Assembly (NCBI GenBank): GCA_964621445.1
Contig: CAZUNO010000015.1
Span: 1 to 64,000 of the forward strand
Direction of reading: 5' to 3'
Length of the DNA stretch: 64,000 nt
From: Candidatus Hadarchaeota archaeon
Lineage (GTDB): Archaea; CAYQAE01; CAYVLA01
Shown here: one piece after another, positions 9,356 through 19,184 of the stretch
How the letters are laid out: each line of letters opens with the position of its first letter
How positions within the stretch are numbered: position 1 is the stretch's first letter
Made by a program: the position numbers and the translations under genes
Notes under the pieces: generated by a model
Told to the model about the DNA's origin: nothing
The model's input: the letters and a program-made list of their open reading frames with translations, nothing else
Databases searched by the model: none

Positions 9356-10651
9356 ATGCCTGACCAGCCAAATATTCTTGTCATATTGGCCGACGACCTG
9401 GGCTACGGTGACCCATCCTGCTACGGAAGGACCGACCTCAGGACACCCCATCTCGACAGACTGGCATCCCAGGGCCTGATGTTCACCGATTTTCACACCA
9501 ACGGCGCCGTATGTTCACCGACTCGGGCCTCATTGCTCACCGGCAGATACCCCCAACGCGCGGGCATAGAAACTGCGCTTGGAAAGGACGAGCCGGGCCT
9601 TTCCAGGGATGATGTTACCATCGCCCAGAGGTTGAAGGAGGCAGGATACTCGACGGCCATCTTCGGAAAATGGCATCTCGGAGATAGGCTGGTGAACAAC
9701 CCCGTGCATTACGGGTTCGAAGAGTTTCGCGGCCACACCTATGGCGATTCCGACTATATATCACACGTCGACAGGCATGGCGACCTCGACTGGTGGCACA
9801 ACCTGGAGATAGAGAACGATGAGGGCTACAACACCAGGCTGCTCACCGACTACGCGCTGAGGTTCATGGAGGATAACCGGGACCGGCCCTTCTTCCTGTA
9901 CCTGTCGCACTCGGCGATCCACTTTCCCTGGATGACCCCGGAGGAACCCGGACACCGCCAGCAGGGAGTGGATTACACGGAATGGAGTCCAACCGTACCC
10001 AAGAAATTCTCCAAGCTGGGCCCCCACGAGAACGTGGCCCCTGTGGTGAGGACCATGATCGAGGAGCTGGACGCCAGCACTGGCCGGGTGATAAAAGGGC
10101 TGAGGGAACACGGGCTGGACGAAAACACCCTGGTTCTCTTCCTCTCGGATAACGGGGGATACCTGCATTACGGGGGTCTTCACAGGGGGGATATTTCGAG
10201 CAACGGCCCCCTGCGGGGACAGAAGAGCGACATGTATGAGGGCGGGCACCGGGTTCCGGCCATCGCCTGGTGGCCGGGAGAGATCGAGCCGGGCGTTTCG
10301 AATGAAACCACCATGACCATGGACCTTTTCCCGACATTCACGGAGCTGGCGGGTCTGGAGAAGGCTGGTGGGCGTGCCCTTGATGGGACCAGTCTAGTTG
10401 ACCTGCTCAGGGAGAGCGAGCCCATTCCCGAACGGCCCTTGTTCTGGGGGATGAGGGACAAGCGGGGGGTTAGAAGAGGTCGCTGGAAGCTCGACAAGTA
10501 CCAGGGACGGCCCTATGAGCTCTACGATCTTGAGGAAGACCTGGGGGAGCAGAACGACATTTCGGCCAAGAATCCAGATTTGGTCCGTGAGATGGTAAAC
10601 GAGCTGAGCGAATGGGAGAGGGATGTTAGTAATGGGTTCAAGGGCGATTGA
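9356..10651 (+). CDS. Arylsulfatase (Cys-type formylglycine sulfatase)
   Basis: PNILVILADDLGYGD, CSPTRASLLTGRYP, GKWHLG, SDNGG and YEGGHRVP motifs. Confidence 0.95.
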   Translation: MPDQPNILVILADDLGYGDPSCYGRTDLRTPHLDRLASQGLMFTDFHTNGAVCSPTRASLLTGRYPQRAGIETALGKDEPGLSRDDVTIAQRLKEAGYSTAIFGKWHLGDRLVNNPVHYGFEEFRGHTYGDSDYISHVDRHGDLDWWHNLEIENDEGYNTRLLTDYALRFMEDNRDRPFFLYLSHSAIHFPWMTPEEPGHRQQGVDYTEWSPTVPKKFSKLGPHENVAPVVRTMIEELDASTGRVIKGLREHGLDENTLVLFLSDNGGYLHYGGLHRGDISSNGPLRGQKSDMYEGGHRVPAIAWWPGEIEPGVSNETTMTMDLFPTFTELAGLEKAGGRALDGTSLVDLLRESEPIPERPLFWGMRDKRGVRRGRWKLDKYQGRPYELYDLEEDLGEQNDISAKNPDLVREMVNELSEWERDVSNGFKGD

Positions 10652-10775
10652 GATGCTCCTACATAACCTGGTAAGACATCATCTCCAATACTTTTGGGAA
10701 ATTGGTATTCCTGCAAAACCATTACCCGTAATAAACTTTCAACGAGAAATAAAATGTAGTTAGAGAGTTCATGTT

Positions 10776-10995
10776 ATGAAAAAGAAGATGCGATACGTTC
10801 ATACTGAGGTTAATCCGGAGATATACGCCAGAGTGGTGGGCATTGCCAGGTCCAAGGGAACAAGCCTCAAGTAACAGATCAGAAAAGCCCTTGTGGAGTT
10901 CGTGGACCATCACGAAGGAGATGTCGAGGGTGATGACTCCTCCCCTTCTTTGGTCAGCTCCTTCGAAACTGAGGAAGGAAACTGGAGTCAAAGTT
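10776..10995 (+). pseudogene. Ribbon-helix-helix (CopG-like) antitoxin pseudogene with in-frame stop; 3' end approximate
   Basis: MKKKMRYVHTEVNPEIYARVVGIARSKGTSLK*QIRKALVEFV...SFETEEGNWS; TAA at 10872-10874 interrupts an RHH-like sequence. Confidence 0.55.
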
Positions 10996-12093
10996 GGACG
11001 ACTTTTTCGAGTGGTTGGCGGAAGGCAGTCCCCTGGGGGAATTCCATCTCCGTCCTCTAAATAGGAAAATGGAACTGAAATTTACAGCTCAGCGGTTCCA
11101 GGTTATGGCCAGGGAGGAGGCCGAGCCCCGGAGCAAGGATGAAAAGGATGACATCAGGAGAGCCGTCTATTCCCTGGTCAAGTCCTATCTATCCTCCCCA
11201 GGAGAGGGTTATGTGCTGCAGTTTATAACCGAGCATAAGAAACACCTCTGGTATCCCCTGGGCACCTCCTCCTCCTGGAGTCAGCCGGTGGGACTAATAG
11301 AGGTCCTGGTGGATTTTCCCCGGGGATTATGGCTTGAGGACCCGGAACCTGAACCAGATGCCATATACAGGACCGGCACGGGGATCAAGTTCTTCTGGCG
11401 CGTTGAGGATGGCAATCCCTCCTCTGACATCGAGGGGGATATCGTCAATCGGACCATGCCCATGGGGATATACCTGAAGAATTCCCTGGCAGTCTTCCTA
11501 AATACAGGATACAAACCGATGGCCGCCCTGGTCAATATACTCGTGATATGTCTTATCTGGTACTCCGCTATTCTGTTCTCATGGTCATTTTTCGGCCCAA
11601 GCCTTAGACAGATTTCCTACCCGGGAATCAAGAGGAGCTTGACCCTGGGTTTTATCTCCTACTTCCTTTCGGTGTTCTCGGTATTGGCCGTGCTTCCTGT
11701 TCTATACTTCAGAGATGATGGAGAGATTACCGCAACCGTCTCGCCAGATACCTTCCCTGGTTGGCAGTTCCCTTGGCATTATTTATCCCCCTTATGGTGA
11801 TCGGTTGGCGGGGCTATCACGGAGATTTGTTTGTCCTGATTTTTTTGGTCCCGGGAATCGCCCTGCTCCTGATCCTGGGAATGGAACTGGCCTTTAAACA
11901 CCTGAGGGATCCGTTAGGGACTCATAAATCCTCGCGGCTGGCCAGGTGCTGGGCTCTTGGCACATTCATGGCATTTCTCATGATAGTTTTGTATTCCTAT
12001 TCCCTGATTTTAGGCCTTGCTGCAATTGTCCTCAGCCTGATCTTGGGCATGACAAAGATACCAGCACTGGCAAAGAATAGTCCCGGCATCTAG
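10994..12093 (+). pseudogene. Membrane protein gene split by a frameshift (ORFs 10994-11800 and 11761-12093)
   Basis: A run of TM helices continues across the frame change near 11715-11725 (LYFRDDG / RDYRNRLARYLPWLAVPLALF). Confidence 0.55.
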
Positions 12094-12176
12094 CAACATC
12101 CTATTGTAAACCAATTAATAGACCCAGAGTTGTGGGGTTTTGATCATAATAATTGGGGTTTGATTTTTCAAGATAA

Positions 12177-13247
12177 TTATATGACCCGGGGATTCAGTTC
12201 CTCTGAATACGCAAGCATATCCTTCAACAAGATTTTAACGACACTGTAAAGTCCTTCTTTGATCTGTCTGATAGTCCCGGCATCCTCCAGTTCGTCCAGA
12301 TATCTCTTAAAGTAGGCATGAGTAATTTCTTCGCTCCGCGGGGATGATTCAAGATATTCGGCCATTAATCTCGACTCAGAAATCGGCATATCTGTTTTGG
12401 CGATCATGGACTCACGGTATATAGAAGTTTCAATCCTTACGAAAGGATCAATATTATGGATTCCGAGATAATCCTTAAGCATGGAGTAACTGTGTGCCAA
12501 TATTTCGGTGAGAGCCAGTCGTTTAAAGTTCGCCTTGGCCTTTTTTGGCCCTTTTTCCATAGCTTTCTCATATATACCTTCTAATGTGCTACCGTAAGTT
12601 ACCAATTGTTCATCAAGGCTTACTAAGTCTAACGACTCCATGACCGACAGATATTGGTGCATTTTATTCCGTTCTCCATGAAATATCTCATAACAAATTG
12701 TGTTCAATGGAACCGATCGATTGTCGTATAGTTCAGCGAGTATCATACTGAATTTGTTTATGCCATTCCGAATGTCGTGAATTTTGGTGAGGTTTTCAGC
12801 GGTTTTATTCACAATTATGGACTCAATTCGGTTTCTCCATATTTCAAGATTAGAATAGGCGGATTTGGAAAGGTTCGCTCTTTTGGGATATCTCAATGCT
12901 TTTCCTTCGGAGCTAATCTCCATCCTCCCAATTTTGGGAAATTCAAGAAACCTAATAATCTCCCTATCCTCCAAATCGTTTCGTACAAGTCTAGGATAGA
13001 TTATCTTTAGATCTATGAGCCAATTTCCCTTCGGCCGTTTACTAATAGTACCAGGTGAAACCCGATTCCCGTAAAGCCTATGGATCATTCGATTGGCAAT
13101 GAATTCAGCGTGTTTGGGAGACTCAACCCGATACGATTTTCCAGAATTCCAAAGATCCCAATAGACATCCTCCTTACCAACATCAGCAACGGTTTCTACG
13201 GATGAGTTGCTCAAAATATTGCCTCTAATTAGAGTCAGAATCTTCAA
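12177..13247 (-). CDS. Hypothetical protein with probable winged-helix segments, in an AT-rich island
   Basis: 356-aa ORF; QYLSVMESLDLV and FKRYLDELEDAGTI resemble wHTH recognition helix + wing; overlaps the peptidase gene. Confidence 0.7.
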   Translation of the reverse strand: MKILTLIRGNILSNSSVETVADVGKEDVYWDLWNSGKSYRVESPKHAEFIANRMIHRLYGNRVSPGTISKRPKGNWLIDLKIIYPRLVRNDLEDREIIRFLEFPKIGRMEISSEGKALRYPKRANLSKSAYSNLEIWRNRIESIIVNKTAENLTKIHDIRNGINKFSMILAELYDNRSVPLNTICYEIFHGERNKMHQYLSVMESLDLVSLDEQLVTYGSTLEGIYEKAMEKGPKKAKANFKRLALTEILAHSYSMLKDYLGIHNIDPFVRIETSIYRESMIAKTDMPISESRLMAEYLESSPRSEEITHAYFKRYLDELEDAGTIRQIKEGLYSVVKILLKDMLAYSEELNPRVI

Positions 13248-13878
13248 TAATATCGTTATTTTTGGACCAGTCCGTCAATTTTGGTTGTCTTGTACTTTTA
13301 ATCCATCGAAGTACTATGCCACTGCCACGTTCCCAAAGACGGAGAAAGTCGACTTCCGGATATTCCTTAACACCTTCTTCAAGAGGATCCATACATCGTA
13401 TATGTTTCAATTTGGGGTCGTAACCTCTTACTACTATAGCATGATGTAATATGCCGCTTACTCCCTCTAAATCAAATCTTTTATCTATATAAACGCCTGT
13501 TGGAAGACTTCTTTCAAGATCATCCAGGACCCTTTCCAAATCGCCCCTTTCTTCTATTTCTATCCTCCATCCGCAGTTTTCGTCATCTAAGATTTCATTC
13601 AGGTTTGTGATGTCGAACAAACTTGTACCTAACTCTTCATCGGTGTTTAGGGCTTCCGCAATTCGTGAAGCACTCATTTCAGGCATATCTTCATCCCATC
13701 GACTTATGAAATCCATCATCATCTTAAGGCTTATTGGCACGCAATCCTGCTTTTCGGGATTTTGTTTAATTAAGTGGATATCCAAATCTATCCAACTACG
13801 AGGATTTCCCTTTGATTTATTCAAGAGAATATCTCCAGGTATCTTACGAAGTAATAAGGCATATCCAAATATATGCAT
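13225..13878 (-). CDS. C39-like cysteine peptidase
   Basis: Q(x5-6)DCVPISLKM, HAIVVRGYD and CMDP give the Gln/Cys/His/Asp catalytic pattern. Confidence 0.8.
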   Translation of the reverse strand: MHIFGYALLLRKIPGDILLNKSKGNPRSWIDLDIHLIKQNPEKQDCVPISLKMMMDFISRWDEDMPEMSASRIAEALNTDEELGTSLFDITNLNEILDDENCGWRIEIEERGDLERVLDDLERSLPTGVYIDKRFDLEGVSGILHHAIVVRGYDPKLKHIRCMDPLEEGVKEYPEVDFLRLWERGSGIVLRWIKSTRQPKLTDWSKNNDIIEDSDSN

Positions 13879-14185
13879 TTCTTAAAATCTTTGCATCCCT
13901 TTTTATATATCATTATAATCCTTGAAAATACGTTTCATAAATACTGAGATAGTTGAGATAAGATTCCATTATTCTCTTTGGGGAGCATTAGAGCTTGCTT
14001 TGATTTAGTTGTCAGTTATGTAAAATTGCAATGATTCCTGTGTTTATGCGCTTTGGGTAGATCGCAATAGATATCAAGTAAGGGGAAAGAACAACTTTGG
14101 GGAATTCAAAACGTCGGTCATTTCTGAAACTCCCAACTTTCTCTTAGCCCTTATCCTCGCAATTATCATATCGCTCGGGGTATTT

Positions 14186-15328
14186 TTGCCCTCGACCCAG
14201 GCCCAGCAGGAAGAGGAGATATCGGCCTTCGTCATGGCTCATTCCCAATGGATATGGGGCAACCCCTTCCGGGTCCTCTTCTCCCGTGACCCCCTGTTTA
14301 CCTACTCCCTGTATCCTCTGCCTCCCTTCATATCCATGGCCGAAAAATCCAAGCTGGATAGGATCTACTTCCCCAGGAAGAGGGAACTGCTGGTGGATAA
14401 CTACGACCTGATGGTCTTCCATGATATAAGGACCGGGTTCACTCCCAGACAGATCCAGGACCTGGATTACGCCTTCCGGGAGGCCGGCATGACCGCTATG
14501 TGTGGGCTATGTCTGGGCTGGGACTATGCCTGGGAGCCCACCATACTCTCCGAGCTGCTTCCCATAACCGAGCACGGGAGCGTCAGTCCTTACTTCAGGG
14601 GCTACACGGTTAAGTTTAGGAGGGACAGGCCACCCGTATTCCTCGATTTTCTGGATATGGGTATCGAGAATGTGGTGGGAACCCAGTTCTGTGATATGAA
14701 GGCCGACCAGGCAGCCACCGTCTGGGGAGACATAGAGCCCTGGGGAATCCCCTGGATGGTTTCCTGGAGGCCCGGGGGTACCGATGCGGGCATGCAGTGG
14801 GTGGTATCCCACACCTTCGGGGGATGGTGGGACGAGAACGAGAACCCCTACTCCTACGACGTATGCACCAACATGATTTTCTATTCACTGGGCCGTGACC
14901 TGGTGGAGAATATCCCTGGTAGAAGACGTGCTAGGGGCATGTTCGCCGATATCCAGACACAAAAATCCATAATCGTTTCCATGATGGAGTGGGCCGCCGA
15001 TTTCGGGGCCGACACCACCTCACTTTCGGACTCCCTGGAGAATATCGAAGGGGAGATGGAAGTCGCGGTGGAGGATTACAAGAAACAGGACTACGCCTCG
15101 GCCATCTCCTTCCTAAAAACCATGTCCCAGAGGGTAAAGAACATATCGTCCCGGGCAGTGGAGCTAAAGGACGGGGCGCTGCTCTGGGTATATATCTCAG
15201 AATGGCTAGCCGTGTCTTCAGCGGCTCTGATATCCGGCCTGGCTGTTTGGACCCTTATGGTACGCAGGAGGCTGTATAAGGCAACGCCCACCACGAGACT
15301 CGAGTCCGATGTAAGATTTTCCAATTAA
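14186..15328 (+). CDS. Membrane-anchored GATase1-like paralogue P1 (signal peptide encoded upstream of 14186)
   Basis: IYFPRKRE..YD, DFGADT and ALLWVYISEW...LMVRRRLY motifs shared with four other ORFs. Confidence 0.8.
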   Translation: MPSTQAQQEEEISAFVMAHSQWIWGNPFRVLFSRDPLFTYSLYPLPPFISMAEKSKLDRIYFPRKRELLVDNYDLMVFHDIRTGFTPRQIQDLDYAFREAGMTAMCGLCLGWDYAWEPTILSELLPITEHGSVSPYFRGYTVKFRRDRPPVFLDFLDMGIENVVGTQFCDMKADQAATVWGDIEPWGIPWMVSWRPGGTDAGMQWVVSHTFGGWWDENENPYSYDVCTNMIFYSLGRDLVENIPGRRRARGMFADIQTQKSIIVSMMEWAADFGADTTSLSDSLENIEGEMEVAVEDYKKQDYASAISFLKTMSQRVKNISSRAVELKDGALLWVYISEWLAVSSAALISGLAVWTLMVRRRLYKATPTTRLESDVRFSN

Positions 15329-15346
15329 CCAAGGGAAGGAAAGCTC

Positions 15347-15622
15347 GTGAAACCTCTGCTTTACATTCCCGCCGGCGCCATCGGTGACACCAGCCCCTTC
15401 TCCATCACCAGGAAGCCGGTCAACATCACTACCAAATCATGTTTCGTGTTTTTCGAGGACGAGAATTTCCACTACGCGGTGGAGTACGAGAAGCCAGAAC
15501 CGGGAAAGGGCGGCCTGGAGAACCTGGCCAGGATCTCGCCCTGGGGCCCCTCCCAGATATCGGGCGCCAAGAGGATTGGAAGTGAGCGGGGCCTGAGGAA
15601 GGTACAGATGCAGGCCAGGTAA
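15347..15622 (+). CDS. Small hypothetical protein or fragment
   Basis: 91-aa ORF filling the gap in a co-oriented run; host-like codon usage. Confidence 0.35.
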   Translation: MKPLLYIPAGAIGDTSPFSITRKPVNITTKSCFVFFEDENFHYAVEYEKPEPGKGGLENLARISPWGPSQISGAKRIGSERGLRKVQMQAR

Positions 15623-15667
15623 GGAGAAATATTAGAACCCGCCCTCGCCACATCCCGCGGTGCGTCC

Positions 15668-16969
15668 ATGAACGTAGATGAGCTGCGATCAGAGATACTG
15701 GAGTCCATCTCCGATTACCCGGTAATTGACTGTCACGACCACACCATGGGGCCCGAAAGCGCCCCCGAGTACTCGGAGCCCATAGCCGCCCTGATCCAGG
15801 GATACTTCGAGAGCGATCTCATATCCGCCGGCGGGGAGAGTGTAATGAACAAGCTCAAGGACCATGATATCTCCACCGAGGAGAAGTGGCCCATATTTCA
15901 GGAGCTGTGGAACAGGACCAAGCACACGGGATATGCGAGGGTAACCCGCATCGTTCTCAGGGATTTCTACGGTCAGGATGAAATGAGCCTGGAGTCCCTG
16001 AAGGCCATCCAGGACCGGCTCCTGGATCTCAAGGATGAGGAAACATATCGGTCTATCCTGGAAGGGGCAAACATAAAGTGCAGGCTGGTGAATGTGGATC
16101 CGGGCCTAAGGGACTTCATCACCGGGAAGCACCAGATGTACCCCCTGGACAGGCTCCTCATCCCCCTGCCCGGATTCCATAGCATACGCAGCTACGGCGA
16201 TGTGGAGAACAACGCGAGGATCGTGGACCGGTCGGTGGTGGATCTGGATGATTACCTGGACGCCTGCAGGGAGGTTTTCTCCTCCATGAAAACGGCGGGA
16301 GCGGTTGGATTCAAGGACCAGTCGGCCTACAACAGGGCCCTGATCTACGAGAACGCCACCCGGAGCCAGGCCGAATCCCTCTTTAATCGAATAATCGAGG
16401 ATCCCAGGAAGTCCCTGGGCTGGCCGGGGGCAAAACCCCTGGACGATTTCCTGTTTCACAGCTTCATGAAGATGGCGGCGGAGCTGGAGCTGCCGGTACA
16501 GCTACACACCGGGCATATGGCCGGGATAAGAAACGACATAGTGAAGACCAATGCGGCCGGGCTGACCTCGGTGCTGGAGCTACACCGGGATGTGAATTTC
16601 GACCTCTTCCACGGGAACTGGCCCTATCTGGGCGAGCTGCTGTATTTGGGTAAGAACTACCCCAACGCATCCATAGATTGCTGCTGGGTCAATATAATCG
16701 ATCCCTTCTATACCGAGAGACTTCTGGCTAATTCTCTGGTCACCGTCCCCCACTCCAAGATCCATGCCTTCGGCGCCGACTACGGCGACTGCGTGGAGTA
16801 CGCCGCCGCCCACCTGGAGGTGGCCAAGGACGTGGTCGCCGGCGCCCTGGCCGGGTCAGTGTCCAGAGGTTGGCTGGACAGGGAGTCCGTGGAGTCCGTT
16901 GCCGCTGACTGGTTGTTCAACAATCCGAATAGATTTTTCGATCTGGGATTCGATACACTGGAGCCCTGA
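15668..16969 (+). CDS. Amidohydrolase family protein (uronate isomerase/amidohydro_2-like)
   Basis: IDCHDH metal motif; VGFK, QLHTG, FDLFHG, FGAD and NPNRF motifs. Confidence 0.85.
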   Translation: MNVDELRSEILESISDYPVIDCHDHTMGPESAPEYSEPIAALIQGYFESDLISAGGESVMNKLKDHDISTEEKWPIFQELWNRTKHTGYARVTRIVLRDFYGQDEMSLESLKAIQDRLLDLKDEETYRSILEGANIKCRLVNVDPGLRDFITGKHQMYPLDRLLIPLPGFHSIRSYGDVENNARIVDRSVVDLDDYLDACREVFSSMKTAGAVGFKDQSAYNRALIYENATRSQAESLFNRIIEDPRKSLGWPGAKPLDDFLFHSFMKMAAELELPVQLHTGHMAGIRNDIVKTNAAGLTSVLELHRDVNFDLFHGNWPYLGELLYLGKNYPNASIDCCWVNIIDPFYTERLLANSLVTVPHSKIHAFGADYGDCVEYAAAHLEVAKDVVAGALAGSVSRGWLDRESVESVAADWLFNNPNRFFDLGFDTLEP

Positions 16970-17180
16970 CCACGTTTAACCGCTATTCGATGGCCGTATG
17001 TAACTTCATGGGGACCTCAATTGATCATTTTATCCCAAAGTTTTTGTATGCAGCTTCCCATAGTAGTATAGCGTTTGCGGTCTTTTAGGCCCACATGGCG
17101 AATCGAGCTTGGCGGGTGTCTCTCTTGACATCCGTCCGGCGGTAGCCTATTGAGGCTGGTCCGCGGAATTAGGGGCAAAA

Positions 17181-17450
17181 ATGATGGGAAGGAGAAACGT
17201 TGAACATGTCTGTGCTGAATGCGGTAAGAAGATTAACGGAACGCCAACGGAGTGCATGGGTTGTCTCCGCCTTTTCCACAGCTCATGCCTGCAAAGGGTA
17301 AAGCTGAAAAACAAGAGACCCTCATACATGATGTGTGAGGACTGCGTGCTCGAAAAACACACGGAGAGGGTGCTAGTAGGACCGACGAGAATTGACGAGG
17401 ACGCTTTGGAAGCGAGTCCCCACCTGTCCAGTAATTCCCGTGGAAGGTAG
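17181..17450 (+). CDS. Small zinc-finger protein with C4-H-C3 (PHD/RINGv-like) spacing
   Basis: CAEC-x10-CMGC-x4-H-x2-C-x15-CEDC. Confidence 0.7.
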   Translation: MMGRRNVEHVCAECGKKINGTPTECMGCLRLFHSSCLQRVKLKNKRPSYMMCEDCVLEKHTERVLVGPTRIDEDALEASPHLSSNSRGR

Positions 17451-17524
17451 ATCACCGCGTTGCGGATCGGCAATGACATGCTTGAAATGATACCTTTAAT
17501 TGGGAAAAACGAGAAAGTCGGTCC

Positions 17525-17791
17525 GTGGATCTGAGAAAAATCCTTGGCAAATTCATTCGCGAAACCGAAGGAAAACATGTGGAATCCCTGGGTAGGCTTA
17601 GCCAGAAGAAGGGTGATCTATCGGTCAAGAAGGAGGAACAGGATGTTTGGGTCGGTCCCTATCCGGATATAACCTATACCTGGGGCCGACTCAGCGGCGC
17701 TCAGAGCATAGACATGGTCCTGTTTCTGGTCAGCATCGCCGTGCTGCTTCTACTAGCCGAGATACTACGTCAGACCCAGGGTCCCTGGTGA
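17525..17791 (+). CDS. Small single-TM hypothetical protein
   Basis: 88-aa ORF with a C-terminal hydrophobic helix. Confidence 0.55.
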   Translation: MDLRKILGKFIRETEGKHVESLGRLSQKKGDLSVKKEEQDVWVGPYPDITYTWGRLSGAQSIDMVLFLVSIAVLLLLAEILRQTQGPW

Positions 17792-17846
17792 TCGGGAGCT
17801 CCCGAGTATACTTATAAACCGCCCGGGAAGCTAGACTCTGAGCTGA

Positions 17847-19139
<1,293 letters not shown>

Positions 19140-19184
19140 AATAGAACTAATCAAGTCCCCGGCCGGCATCGATTTTTCAGGGAG

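Noticed and set aside
10872-10874. Stop-codon readthrough or recoding in the RHH gene
   Set aside because: TAA is used as a normal stop by many intact genes here, and the neighbourhood is decayed, so a nonsense mutation is simpler.
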